64,000 nt of DNA from Takakia lepidozioides. Its lineage: Eukaryota > Plantae > Bryophyta. The first letter of the stretch is position 1, and the number at the start of each line of letters is the position of its first letter. Under the pieces are notes generated by a model that was given only the letters and a program-made list of their open reading frames with translations, did no database searches and was not told the origin of the DNA. Below, in pieces: positions 1-12,919 of this stretch. The stretch spans positions 32,116,001-32,180,000 of the forward strand of contig CM060732.1 of the NCBI GenBank assembly GCA_030704615.1, given 5' to 3'. A program made the position numbers and the translations under genes.

Positions 1-7
1 AAAACCC

Positions 8-250
8 GGGGGTTGCTATTCCATGAGCTCATGAGCGGTGAGCTCATGAGCTCATGAGCGGGCATGGCTAACCCATGAGCCGCAAAGTAACACACTTCGA
101 ATTTCGGCAGATTTTTTTCGGGCCAAAAACTATAAAATAATCAAAAATCGAAGATTTCCGCGCTCATGCTGGAAGTACTCCGCTCATGAGTACCAGTGTA
201 CGCTCATGACTTGGAGCCCAGGCTCATGGACCGCCAGGCCAGGTCATAGA
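8..250 (+). repeat. Left TIR and subterminal CATGAGC/GCTCATG repeats of element 1
   Basis: Multiple CATGAGC and GCTCATG units, including the palindrome CATGAGCTCATG, mirrored at 13548-13609. Confidence 0.75.
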
Positions 251-269
251 ATAACAGAATTCTGGGCAA

Positions 270-740
270 TAACGGCACCGAAATTATCCCAGAGGCAGAG
301 ACGCAAGCGGAATTAGGATCCGGGTTTGCAGACTCCGAAAACGCAATGGCGACCTATAACCGTGGATAGTACTATTGCAGAAGTGCAGGATGGTTGGTTA
401 TAACGAGGCCGTAATTGGGAACAGGAAAAGAAATAGCGCGCTGAAGGCTCGGGAGTGAAGCCAACAACGGTGGTGAAAGTAATTGGGCTCTGCCAACCAA
501 ATACCCGGCTGCATCCTCCGGAGTGCAGGCGATAACGGCGCCGAAATGGGCCCCGGAAACCAAATACTCGGCTGAAGCCACCGGAGTGCAGCCGATAACG
601 GCGCCGAAATTGGGTCCGGAAACCAAATACCCGGCTGAAGGCTGGGGATTGCAACCAATAACGGCGCCGAAATTGACCTGCGGAAACAAAATTCTCGGCT
701 GAAGCTTCCGCACTCCATGTAATAACGGCGCCGAAATTGG
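270..740 (+). repeat. Tandem ~63-bp units each containing AACGGCGCCGAAAT
   Basis: The motif is at ~535, 597, 660 and 724, with a variant at ~272. The sequence between motifs (CCGGAAACCAAATACYCGGCTGAAG) is also repeated. Confidence 0.85.
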
Positions 741-859
741 GCGTCGGAGAGCAAATACCCGCCTTACGGTGAGGGAGGCCTTGCTCTCATTTTGCTCTTC
801 ACTCTTCTCTGTTGTGCCCATCTCCTCCCTGCTTTGAGTTCGTGTTGTGTCGTGAGGCC

Positions 860-1411
860 ATGTCGTGCCCGAATCACATCTATCGACGCCAGACGGGAGT
901 CATTTTCCCGAAAGCAGACGACATCATTGTCTTCCTGGATGTTTACAGGGACGATCCTCGACTTGTCCAGCTGAGAGCAATGGAGTTTCTTCCAGGATTG
1001 CACGATTCTCCTGGACCCCGGCTGGGGAGCAGGTGGTTCCTACGCATCATGGACCTGGACTTTCCGCATGTGTGGGAGCCGAACAGATCACGCACAGCGT
1101 TGCTGTATCGCTGGAATTGTTGCGAGTGGACGTATGATGAGTGCATAGGTGAAAACTTTACGCGTGGACGGACTGGCTCGGAAAGTGGGGACATTCTCTT
1201 CAGTTATGAGGATGAGGAGGAGGGGAACACAGGGCCCACTGTGAAAATGTCCTTCTACCAAGGGGGCGCTATCGATAAACACGACATCCTCGTTAGTTTC
1301 AACCGGGCGACAGAAACCACTGACATTTTGTTCAAATATAGGCACCCGGTCACTCAGGAGGTCCTTGAGAGGCCAGTTCGAGTTCCTTCTTCTTGGGCGA
1401 GGGGACCATAG
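860..1411 (+). CDS. Hypothetical protein (~183 aa) carried by element 1
   Basis: Uninterrupted ORF (track 812..1411; first ATG at 860) with globular-protein composition. It is convergent with the transposase. No recognisable domain. Confidence 0.5.
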   Translation: MSCPNHIYRRQTGVIFPKADDIIVFLDVYRDDPRLVQLRAMEFLPGLHDSPGPRLGSRWFLRIMDLDFPHVWEPNRSRTALLYRWNCCEWTYDECIGENFTRGRTGSESGDILFSYEDEEEGNTGPTVKMSFYQGGAIDKHDILVSFNRATETTDILFKYRHPVTQEVLERPVRVPSSWARGP

Positions 1412-1864
1412 GTCTTGCATGCTAGAGTAGACATGTTTCAACTTGCTGACACTCATGGCACATACATTTTCATTCAGAAATCAAGCAGCTTCCCTGTGCC
1501 ATATGGGGAATATACAGGCTTCGATAATCTTCTGTTAATGTTATTTGCAATTCACTGCCAGTATGCTGGGACGTGTCCTTTGTCGTATGGATTGCTGTTT
1601 GCACAAGGTGCAGTATGCAAATGCTGGAATGTGCAGTAGGACCCTTCCCACTGGGACACAGAACTAGCAATCTTGTAAAGGCATCACATTTGCAGAACAG
1701 TAACAATGTATTTGTAGCAAATTGGAGTCTTCATAAAGGTGGACGAAATTCACATGTAGCCATGGCGATGCGGCACCACCAAGTGTATAATTCCTCACAA
1801 AAAAATAGGGTGCAAGAAGATGAATGTAATATAATTGCCACTTCTCCTTCCCGAATGTGGAATG

Positions 1865-4800
1865 TCAAGCAGTCCGACCAGTATCCTGCCGTAGGGCCTT
1901 GTGCAGCTCGTTGAAACTCAGTGTTGGAGCATGGATGAAGACGTCCACTGCGGATATGCAACTCATGCGCTTCATAAAAATGTAATAAAGGTGTTTGCAG
2001 GGGACGTATGCTGCATTCCTCGATTCCATAACAAGGAAGTCCTCACAGTTGCAAGCTGGGTACTGTGAAACCGTGATTGCATACACGACACTGCGCGCAG
2101 CAGACCCGGCTGTTGACAACTGAAATATGCGCCCCATCCCGGGGTGAGGAACATCCCTGCAACCTTGCACTATGCAGGGCATTGCAAGAGCGTTGGCCAT
2201 CCTGGTGTCGTTCGCCTTTGTTGGGCCGCCGTCTTTTCAGTTTACCCCACCGATGGGTGGGCCAAGCTGCGGGGTCACCCACCGGTATGCGGGGCGAAGA
2301 GCTTCTCGTGGGAGGAGGATGACGATTGGGAATTGGATTTCGTGGAACGTCTGTCCTCTCCACCAGTCGAAACCCTGCACTTCCTAGAGCGTCTGCCTCC
2401 TCCAGGGTAAGATCTGTACCACTTGCCACAGGCCAGACTGCCGGTGGTTCAGGCATGCCTTGTACACCATACTTGGGCTTGCCGAACACACACGACATGA
2501 TGTCGTGCCTGCAGAACCAAAACTCCTTCAGTGTGGCCTCCACAAACTTTGCGCACACAAATCTCCTGTGAAGCAAGGGGCAGGCACACCGCCCTGCGGG
2601 CTCCTCCGAATCATCTCATTGCATCTCTGGTTGGTGTCGACACGAACAGCACAACATTTGCCACGAAATGTCGGACGGGTCCGTGCAATTCTCCACTGCG
2701 AGGCCGACACATCTCGCTCCACGATTGGAATGTTGTATTGGGTAACGAAAACAGGAGCAACATGCCCATCCTCGGCATGTTGTCCCGAGTCTGGCAGCGA
2801 TTCCATGGATGCTGCAGGAGAGGGGGTACGAGTCCTGCTTCGTGGAGGCGTGGGACGCAACATCGTTGCGCCCCGAGGTTGAGTGCGGATGTTCATATCT
2901 GATCTCCATGAATCCCCATCCCCTCCGGGCATGTCCTCAATTCTTCTCTTCACCGGCCGGCTGCGGACATCGCCCTCCAGGCAGTTCCCCCGACTGTGTA
3001 ACGGCGTTGACCTTATAGTTTCCCGCAATGCAGCAGTCCATTTTTTGGGATCGGTCGAACGATGCGCCGCCCTCATCAGCATCTCCTGCCTGTCTGGTCC
3101 GATACCCCATTGCTTTCCTCCCAGAAACTGGTAGTAATGAGATTGTTGCATGATGGCCCTCACAATATCTTCTGTTGTTGCTGTCAACATGTCAACGAGA
3201 TGTGCTGCAGAGGAAGCACGCCAGGAAGAGTGCACCGATTCGGCCATGTTCGTCGTCGGCATATCCGTGTCATCCTCCAAGCTCATGTCCTGTTGAAGGA
3301 AATTAGATATGTCACTGATTGTGGAGAATGTCCAAGCACAAAACAGAACAATTGTCAAGTACAAATGTGTTACCTGTCTCATGTAGTCTCCAAACTGGCG
3401 GAATCTATAATGCCACCACGCAAGCCACGTTTGCAGTTCTGGCTGATCTTTCACATCCACTGCCCCTGAAGACACCCACCAGGCGCGTATGGTTGCAAAC
3501 TCGGTCTCCGCCTCGTCGATGGAATTCGCATTTTTTCCACGCTAGGCACATACTGATATGATCCTGCCGGTGGCGTGACGCCACGAACCTTTTCGTGTTT
3601 TGCGTCAAACTCTGCATGAAGTGGAACCCGCAAGATCTCTCCTTTCCTTCCATTGGAGTCTTTGGGTCGTCCCCATATACCCTCCTAACTGCAGCCCAGT
3701 TTGCCTGGGCATTGTCAGCCATGAAGCCCCTAAAATCGGGAGGGGGCAACTTGGCTCTCGCCATTTGCTCATTAATCCGCGCCACATATGCAACTCCGAA
3801 TCTGTGTCTTCTCCCTTCATTTCGCAGATAGCAATGGTCATCAACTTTCTGCAATGTGGGTCGTATACATGTGCCCCCATTGTCACCCAATCGTGGTTGG
3901 TAATTCGCCGGATGTGGTCAAACATGACCCAACAATTTGAGAGGTCTCCACTGGTCATCCGCTTCACCAAATCGACGCCGCTCCCCGGTCCGCACGTTGA
4001 CATCTTAAATATGAAGCACCTGTCCATCTCCGAGCCTTGACCAGGAAAGAAGCTGCCTTGGATGAAGTCGTAGCCGCATGTGCGTTTCACTTCCAAGATG
4101 GAGTGCATGTCTGATCCTCTTCCGATTCGTTTCTTGCAGCTGACAATGTGGTTCCTGACATTGGGGCTGCACACATGGGAGACAGCTTCCAGCAGGTCCT
4201 TCATGTCCCCCTCGCCCAGCTTCTCTCTTGTGCTTCCGTCCTCCGACATTATTCTGCCAATTGCAATCCTATGTGTGCGAGATGCTGCTGTATCTGCTTT
4301 GGTTTTGCACCCGGCCTCAACCTCACCTCCTCCTTGATAATATCCTGGGCTTGTTGAAAAGCGACTCTGCAATTGCCTCTGGCGAGGGGGTGCTCATGCT
4401 TTCCGATGTGAATGCATGCTCTGGTGCACGCTGGGCCGACGGTCCCGACGTAGTACTGCTTGGCGTTGCACACTGCCATGCACGTAGGGGCTGCGTTGCA
4501 ATGGGCACACTTGAACGTCCCTGCAGGAACTCTACCTTGAGGCCAAAATGGGGTCGACGAATTGCCAATCCAGTCAGTCTCATTCCTGGTGCCTTTGCTA
4601 GTGTAATGGTAAATGTGCTCGAGAAACATTTAAGATGCCCAGCACAATACATATCTCACTCGAACTCCATCACCCAGGTTGGACGATGAAGTTTTGGTGA
4701 CACACCAAGGGTGGCCGTCATGTTTCCTGTTCATTCCTGCGAGCATGCCGTCTGGGCCTGCGCCTGCCGGCACTGGAGGGAACTCGTAGATAGCATTCCC

Positions 4801-5457
4801 ATCACAACATCAGGCAAAAGTTTCCACAGAATGGATTGGAGTTTTGTCGTAATCAAGCCTAAGAAGGTCACTGGAGCGGGAACCCGTTGTCTTCATCCTC
4901 CGCAATATGTCGATTACTGAGCGGACGGAAGTTGAGTCGGACGGTGTATGCTGAACACTCCTAGTGACGGACGACTTCGAAACATACGATGGAAGGACCA
5001 TACAGTCTTCATCGTCACTGGATAAGTCCTGGACGACTGTTTCCCTGTTTTCCTGGATTTCCCTTTTCACATGTTTGGGCTTCTCTGCTTGTGAAGAGGT
5101 GCCCACATCCTTCACATCTTGCACCCCAGACCCTCTTGTGGAAGGAGGATCAACCAAGTTCCAGCGTGGGAACTCTTTAGGCACGATTTCACCAATGGCA
5201 CTGTACCGGATGGATTCAGAAGCTGGGAGCCGCCACTCTTTGCCTTTTCCGAAATCTGCATGCAGAATGACGGCACTTTCCAGAAAATTTCCATAAGCAT
5301 CCTTCGTCTCCTCTTCCAAAAACACCGTTCCAGGGCGGAGCCCGAACTTCACACACAAGTACTGCTCAGTGACAATCGCAAATCCTTGGTCGCAGGGTAT
5401 TTTAGCTTTCAGAGAATCAGGATGGAAGTACACGTTGACCCAAACACGGGAGTCCAT
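1865..5457 (-). CDS. MULE-family transposase (GCM-like Zn domain, MULE DDE domain, C-terminal SWIM); frameshifted in this assembly
   Basis: Successive ORF pieces give: DGHPW...CAGHLKC...CAHC...C...HIGKHEHP (GCM/WRKY-like Zn finger); WVMFDHIRR, FMADNAQANWAAVR and CGFHFMQS (MULE D..D..CxxH core); CNCEDF...PCKHLYY (SWIM). ATG is at 5457. A GT-AG intron spans 3373-3290. Several 1-nt frameshifts. Confidence 0.85.
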
Positions 5458-5704
5458 TTTGAAGACGGGACCTCTCGGTACGCTCCGCAGCGAAGTCCTG
5501 CAATGAGAAGAGTGTGTCCTACCTAATAACACAAATGATTTTCTGGAGGATTCCGTATCCAACATGATGGGTGATCAGTGCACGTAAAGATGAAGGTGTG
5601 TAACGTACGTTAAAAAAACGGACGAAAACAGCAAGTTCACATCGGATATTTGGTGCCTGAATTGTAATGTACAACCACTTGGGGTACAATAAATCAGGCC
5701 TTCC

Positions 5705-7530
5705 CATGAATTTCGGCACCGAAATCTGGATGAACATCTCTGTCATGTAACAGCTTTGGAAGCCAAGGGATGAATTCTGGCAACAGAAATCGTAATTTGT
5801 TTACCTCATAAACTGACCAAGCACCCAACGGATGGATTCGGTGCCGAAATTCGGATGAACTTCTTCTTCATTAAATTGTATCTGCACATATGGGTTGAAT
5901 TTAGATGCCAAAATACGGATAAATGTGTTCCTGATTACAGTCGTGATTGACCACGTGTCCGGATATCGGTGCCGACTTCCGAATGACAGTAATCCTGATT
6001 CGGCAGAATGGATGTATTTCGGCGCCGAAATTCATTCTTCATCTCCTTTTCCGACCCTAATTCTGCTGCCCTGCGTATGGATTTCGGTGCCAGAATTCAT
6101 CGGAAGTCCTTTCTGTTTTTATTTTTCTTTGCGACAGATGAACTTTGGCGCCGAATCTCATCCAAGTACTCCCTTTTAATTTCCTTTTTCTTCGAGAGCA
6201 ATGAATTTCGGCGCCGAAAAACCAAAATCCTTCGATTTTTTTTTCCTTCGCGAGCATTGAATTTCGGCGCCGAAATTCATTCCAAGTCCTTTTCCTTCGC
6301 GAGCAATGAATTTCGGCGCCGAAATTCATCGAAGTCCTCCAGAAATTTTTTTTTTCCTTCGCGAGCAATGAATTTCGGCGCCGAAATTCAGACGACTTCA
6401 TCCCTCCAAATTCTTTTCAGGGTTTTAGCGCGGATTTCGGCGCCGAAATTCATCCAATGCCTTCCTCCAATATTATTTTTCTTTGAAATGGATCAATTTC
6501 GGCGCCGAATTCATCCTTACTGTCCGCAATGAGTAACTCTAATATTACATTTTCTATGCGACGGATGAATTTCGGCGCCGAAATTCGTCCAAACCCGGCA
6601 CTTACTTTTTGGTTTTGGATGATAATTTTCCGTAAATCGTTGGAAATACCCCGTTCCGACGAATATAACAGGAATATTCTGCATTTAATGGAGAAATCGG
6701 CATATTAAACCACTTCTGTCAAATTAATTGCATTTTAGCCGTTTTTTTTTCATTTGAAACCGACAGTATCCATGAAGTGGTCTTTTTCGCACGGGACGTT
6801 GCCGCACATAAAGTATAATTTCGGCGCCGAAATTATAGTTAAATGTCCATGGCAAGTCCAACAGTCATGGACAGCATCCGTCAGGGGCAATGATGGCGGC
6901 AAAGCATAGCATCGTGCGATTTAATCTTCGCTCTGGATGAATTTCGGCGCCGAAATATGGATGATTTCACCTCGTCTACGCGCGGAATATTCGTAATGAA
7001 TTGCGGCGCCGAAATATGGATGGAATGTGCCGAAGTGCAGCCGTTTCCGTTGTCCCATTCCGGCCGATATCCCCCGAAGGTTTGCTCATGACGAATGAGG
7101 ACTTGAATTTCGGCGCCGAAATATGGATGATTTCACCTCGTCTACGCGTGGACGGACATATTCGTAATGAATTTCGGCGCCGAATATGGATGAAATGTGC
7201 CGAAGTGCAGCCGTTTCCGTTGTCCCGGAATTAATTCCGGCTCCGATATCCCACCGACAGGTTTGCTCATGACGAATGAGGACTTGGAAGCGATGAATTG
7301 CGGCGCCGAAATTTGTAAGTTTGTGTATGAAAGCACTTGAATAGGATGAATTTCGGCGCCGAAATTCATCCGTCCGCTGATGAAACGTACCGACCTGACT
7401 GTTGAATGTCATATGCAGGGGATTTTCATGGCGGTTGGGTTTCATGATGTGCGGATATTTCATTCAATGCCGGCTGCTCCGGGAACCGCATCCGGTGAAC
7501 GGAACGTATTTCGGTGCCGCAATTCGGATA
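5705..7530. repeat. Intergenic array of ~20 palindromes (GGATGA)ATTTCGGCGCCGAAAT(TCATCC)
   Basis: Copies near 5710, 5836, 6016, 6081, 6142, 6203, 6260, 6309, 6371, 6434, 6496, 6568, 6817, 6940, 6999, 7106, 7170, 7296, 7349 and 7508. A perfect 28-bp palindrome is at 7344-7371. Confidence 0.95.
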
Positions 7531-8030
7531 AACCGTCATACACTGGTGGCTGGAACTGGCACGCGTCGTGTTCCAGTCGACTTCATCCGTGCGAACGTGT
7601 CAGGGGTCACAATCTCTTCATCACCCATACGGCAGAAAGTGGTGGACGGTGGCAACGCTTCGGGAGACGTGGCTGCTTACGCATCTGCTCGTGCATAGTG
7701 GTTGCATGTTCCACCGCTTCGCTCTCTCGCTCCTTGCCCTTCTGCAGTGACGTTCTCCTGCGTTTCCTCTCCTTATGCGGCATAGTGGTAGCATAGAGTT
7801 TGGAAGGTCAGGCGACTCCGGCAAAGAGGAGGACGCGGGATTTTGGGAAGCCGCCGACGACACGACTTAAGCTCCGTCTCATGCATGAAATGCAGACGTC
7901 GTTATCCGGAGACTCGGATCGCCCACCAGTGAGAGATTCGTGCTTCGCGGATGTGAAGCACTCCATACGCAATATTCCTTTACACCTTTGTTTTGGCGTG
8001 CAGTGTCTCATGTTTTCCTGTTTGTTTGAC

Positions 8031-11000
8031 ATGGGAGCTGGGGAGGGATCGCAGGGGGGCGAGGCAACACAGTCAACTTTGGATACTCCTGCCCGGGTGC
8101 TGCGCTCACAAGGTGGAAGTGCATCGAGGCAGACGAGTCCTCATTCAACACCTCAGATATCGCCTCCGAAAAGCCCACCTAGAGTTCGGAAGCCGAGAAA
8201 GCAGAAGGAGCCCATGGCTTCGCCAGTAAAACCCCTAGGGAGACTGGAAGCGGAGATATTGGGTTTGCAGTCAATTTCAGAAAACACAGATGCGGTGGAG
8301 GCCGCTGGAGATGTGGGAGTCGGATCTGCAGAAGGGCGGCCCATTCAACTGACAGAAGGAGAGGACGATAACGTGGTACGACTTGGCGACGATCAGAACC
8401 TGCTGGAGCTTGCGGAGGAGCAAAACCTCCAGGACAGTACACAGGCTGGTGAGAGGGGTGAGGGAAGTGACAGAGGTGATACAAGTAAGAAACTGGTGGC
8501 GGGTATGCTCATGAGCGCACGAGACATGAACATAGCAGCAAACAGGTTGCTGGCAGAGACTCATAGCAACATAGGCCGCGTTTTGGGCTCCATGGTGTAT
8601 CCCGAGAACCTTAAAGTTCCTTTGTGTCGCATGGTAAGCCTTCCAGTTGTAAGGCAAGCACTGCCAGGGGATATCGATCGACTGAAGCACAACTTCAGAG
8701 AAGGGTACAGACGGGGGTCGGCAGCATTCTACGTTTCCATTGAGAATGACCAGGGTGTCACAAGGGGCCCCACTGCAGAGGAGCTTCAGAATTGGGGCCC
8801 CCACTGGCACACTGTTAATGCCGAGTTTGAAGCCTATCTGAAGACTAATCCCACATTCGCACACATGGAAGGGAAGATGTTCTTCGTTTGGGACGGGAAC
8901 CACAGGATGCTTGCCTGGACAGAGTACATTGCTGAAATGCATCCGCAAGATATCAGTTGGCATTACATGGTGGACTGCATTGTCGTGAAGGTGGACGTCA
9001 GGGACAGAGGACTGTTGAAGGGTGCCATGGCGGATATAAATCTGTAAGTATACAATTACATCCTTGTGTACTGCCTATTGCGGCGCCGAAATAGGCAATG
9101 TTCACCACTGTCATGCACTCTATGAACTGGAAATTGGATTGCTGTGCCGAAATCATATTTTCATGTTGTTTTTTTTTCTCCATGGCAGGGTAACAGAGAG
9201 GGCCTTCGTGGAAACTCATCTGGCACATACGCTCTACAGAGTGCAAGAAGTGGGGACAGCTCCGCTGACGGACTTCCAAAAGTCCCTCGATCCCGAGCTG
9301 TACAGGAAGTCCCTAGCGAAAGCAGATCGCACCTGGTACCGACCAACACTGGACGCCATGGTGGAGATCCTCTATTCGGTGAGGTTCATCTCAAATTTCA
9401 GTATCAATTTAATTATTTGTTGCAGGGATCCGTGGCCTGACTGTATCTGCTGGGTATGGGAATGCAGACGAACATCAGGGATGACTTGGCCTATGCCAAA
9501 AGGCAGTTCTTTGAGAATGATGCCCCCAACAAGGCGGACGCGTCGATAGAGAGTCATATTGTGCAGGCAGGGAAGCAATCCCGGACCAAGTACAGGTCCA
9601 AACTTGTTAAGCAAGTTGCAATCGCTGACCCTGGTCTTGGTGCCGAGTTCCTGGCGGAGATAGGACTGCATTACTCCAGACCCATGAAACCGGAAATGTC
9701 CATGGAGAAACTTCATCACATCGCAGTGTCCTGTGTTGAGCCGGCGGAGAAGGTAAGCATGTGTTTATTTGTTTTGTGACTTCTCGCGATTCTTATGTTG
9801 GAGCTCTTGTCTGACCGATGTGAGGTGGCTGCAGACGAGGTGGCTGCGAATCTGGAACGGCCATACAAACACGAAGCTGTACCACTTTCCCATCGAGCCA
9901 ACAGACGACAAAATGAACGACTGGCTCAATGTCATGACTTGGTGGCATCAGGTATAATTTTCTCCTATTCTGTGTTGGACATCGTCGCAATTTCAAAATC
10001 ATGAATGTTTTGGAAACCTGCCATGATGCAGGTACTGACCCACGCCAGGAGCAATTGGACTGCAACACCACCACTTTCAAGTTACAGATCGACTGGACGA
10101 AGCCTGAGACAATGGAGAACTACGTGCAGTCGTGGCGAGGGCGCTTCGCAAACCTCTTTTTCAGAGAAATTGCAAAGGCAAGACGCAGCGTATACATCGA
10201 AGAGCAGGAGGGTGCCGACAAAGCGGCAATGCGTGTCCTGTTCAGGTAATCTGCTGACAATGCATCCCCCTATTTGCAGTTTAGATGATTTGGTTAAGCA
10301 GCGATGGATATTGCGGCGCCGAAATATACCTCTGCAAGATGTGAGTCTGGGTAATTGGGGCACGGTCCACTCCGTATTTCGGTGCCGAAATACCTTGTGC
10401 ATTGACAACTTCCACTTGCATGATGCATCGGTAGAATGATTTTTGTTGAACTGCCTCGTGATTGCAGGTACATAAACTTTGCACTCATTCCGTCCGGAGC
10501 CATTCAAAGGGTTCCACCATTCTTCCTGGCGTGGAGGACACCTGGAGGTCGTGGAACGATGTACACAGAAGTAATGGCGAAGGAGTGGCATGCCGAGCAT
10601 TTGGTAAACTGCCCCTGGTATGTGGATCTCCCAAGTGGGACCGTTGACCTCTCGGAGGTTAACTTGAAGAAGGAAGCGAATGCCAGGGCTATGAAGGCGC
10701 AATCGGATCCCCAACCAGAGACGCGGAAAGACTGAAAGCAGAGGAGGCAGCCAAAGCAGAAAGCACTGAGAAAGTCAGCCAAGGCGGCAGCGTTGGCGAA
10801 GGAGCAGATGGAGAAGCAGGCAGCTGAGCAGCCCAAGGACAGGAAGAAAAGAACGCGCAAACAGGGGCAAAGACGAAGACCCCCACACCCAAGAAGAAGA
10901 AGCAGCAACACAGTCAGCCAGATGAGGAGGATTCGGACGACGATTCCAGCAGGAAAACACCCAGGGGGCCACACCTCGTCCGAAAATTCACAAGGGCCAG

Positions 11001-12919
11001 CGCCGGGGGGTCGGCTGCAAAGAGATCACTATACGAGGATGCACCTGGCAGACCCTACCGTGCGGTGCAGATTGCGGGCAGGGAAGTCCTCAAAACACCC
11101 ACAATTGTGGAGTGTGTTAATGAAAATTTCCTAACTGCTCTGACCAGAAGGCTGGAGATAACGAGTTTGAGGAAGGCGATCGAGGCCCACCAGGGGAAGG
11201 GGAAGAGGAAGGCCACTGGCAATGATATGGAGGACACTCCTGGCTACACAAAGATGATGGGAGTTTTGTGGCGATGAGCCACGGCAAAAAGAGCACAGTC
11301 GGGGGCAGGGCGGTGAAAGCCTCCATCGACATGATCCTTGTGGATATCCCGGATGGGCAGGAGATACTGGGGCTGGGCTCAGTTCCCTGGTGGAACAAGT
11401 ACGACGAACGATACTGGAGCCACACATTCGGGTTCGCAGCCAACATGTTGGACGACGTTGGCTGTGTTGTTGTGCTAGCAGCCGATGGAGAAGTCACTGA
11501 GAATGATATCAAAGTATGGACGGGGAGAAGTGCAGCACCCATCCTGAAAAAGATCTGGACTTGCATCAACACGCAGGGTCTTCTCAACGATGGCCAGAAG
11601 GTATGCTGTGGTTCTCCTCTGCTATGTCAATTTCTGGCCGAAATTGCCCCTGTACATGTAGGCCACCTCTGACGTTTTCATTTCCTTCTCTGCAGACTCT
11701 TATCTTTCAGGCATTTTGCTTCGTGAAGGAACATTCGAAATTCAAATTACGTGAAGCAGGAAGACTTGTTGATTCCACAGTTGATCCACTGGAGTATAAC
11801 GTCCTGTTCAACCATGTGGGAGAGAAGGACATTCTTTGTGATTTGTCGGGCAAGCCATGGAGGTATGGCAGGACCAGGAGTCCTGCATTCATCCAGACGC
11901 TCATGGAAACGTGTACGGATGTTGAAGGCAGGGTCCTTGACGTCACTGCAAATACAGGTGAGAACGTTAATTGAATGCGGCACGAAATTGACACCATTTC
12001 CGTTTCTGTATGTTTGCTTGTGCGAGGAAGCGACTCATTCTTGAGTTTGGCTGTGGTTGTCGTATGAATTCGCAGGTGCCTGTATGTGGGCGGGAAGGAT
12101 GTCGAACCGATTGTGTTCTCATTTGAGGGGGATACGGCCTTGTACGATTACAATTTGGCGGGCCTTCGTCTGCCTCCGACTGAGGATCCCAAAAACGCAG
12201 AAGAGGACGTGGAAGGAGAGGAGGAAGATGAAGAGGAGGAAGTCCGGGAAATTCGTTCGATGCAGGGGCGCCCGAAGCCGCTTCCCCCAATGCCTGTCTT
12301 CGAGTGAGTTGCACCATAGTAAGTGTATTGGTTTCGGTTGTAGGGACCATGCAACCTGCCGATGATTCCCTGTTTGAATTCTCTAATGTACTTCATTCTA
12401 TGTTTGTGCGTACACTCAGCCTTGCAGAGTCGTCCGACGAGGAGAAGCTGGGAGACTTGCTCGAATCGGACCCTGTTGCAGAGGAGGAGACAGAATCGCA
12501 TCGGCCATTCTTTGCCAGAAAATCGTTTCTCGCGAGTCCCCAGAAGCCCTTTTTTCTACCAGCCTATGCAGACACGGCTGCCAAAGAAGCCATCAGGAGG
12601 GAGGATAGGCCTACGGTTAGAGCAATTGACATACGGGAATGAGCAGAGAATTATAATGAGGCGTGAGGCCAAACATAGAATTGTGAAAGGCAGAGTAGGG
12701 AAGTTCGTAATAGAATCCGCGTCCGAGAGCGAGGGGAATGTCGAGGAGACTTCCGCACCCAGGTGGACAGTTCCGGCTGGTGAGGATGGTATTTTTGAGG
12801 GGAGGGCTTCTCAGAGTAACAGCGGTAGCGGCAGTGCAGGTTCGGAGGCAGGTGGAAGGCAGCCATCCTTGCATGAGGGCGGGGATGCATCGGACAGTGA
12901 TAGCGGATCCTCACCATAG
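8031..12919 (+). CDS. Multi-exon ParB/Srx-like domain + N6/N4 DNA methyltransferase-fold fusion protein (copy 1)
   Basis: Approximate exons with GT-AG boundaries: 8031-9043, 9189-9378, 9468-9752, 9835-9951, 10032-10245, 10468-11600, 11696-11957, 12076-~12303, ~12419-12919. ParB-like KVPLCRM...DIDRLK...FFVWDGNHRMLAW (DGNHR at 8892-8906). MTase motif IV-like IDMILVDIPDG (DIPDG at 11343-11357), then RSPAFIQTLMETCT..GRVLDVTANTGA..GR..VFSFEGD (motif X/I/II-like), i.e. beta-class order. Contains frameshifts. Confidence 0.75.

Noticed and set aside
313-821. Minus-strand ORFs over the left 63-bp repeats
   Set aside because: All three frames are open only because of the repeat; the peptides are low-information repeats.
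5895-7463. ORFs with repeated NFGAEI / EFRRRN peptides (e.g. 6008-6532, 6057-6401, 7086-7463)
   Set aside because: They are translations of the DNA palindrome and appear identically on both strands; not credible proteins.
8031-12919. Bacterial contamination or a true parABS locus
   Set aside because: The gene has multiple GT-AG introns shared with its paralog and lies inside eukaryotic transposon TIRs. No ParA Walker-A ATPase or canonical GERR ParB motif was seen.
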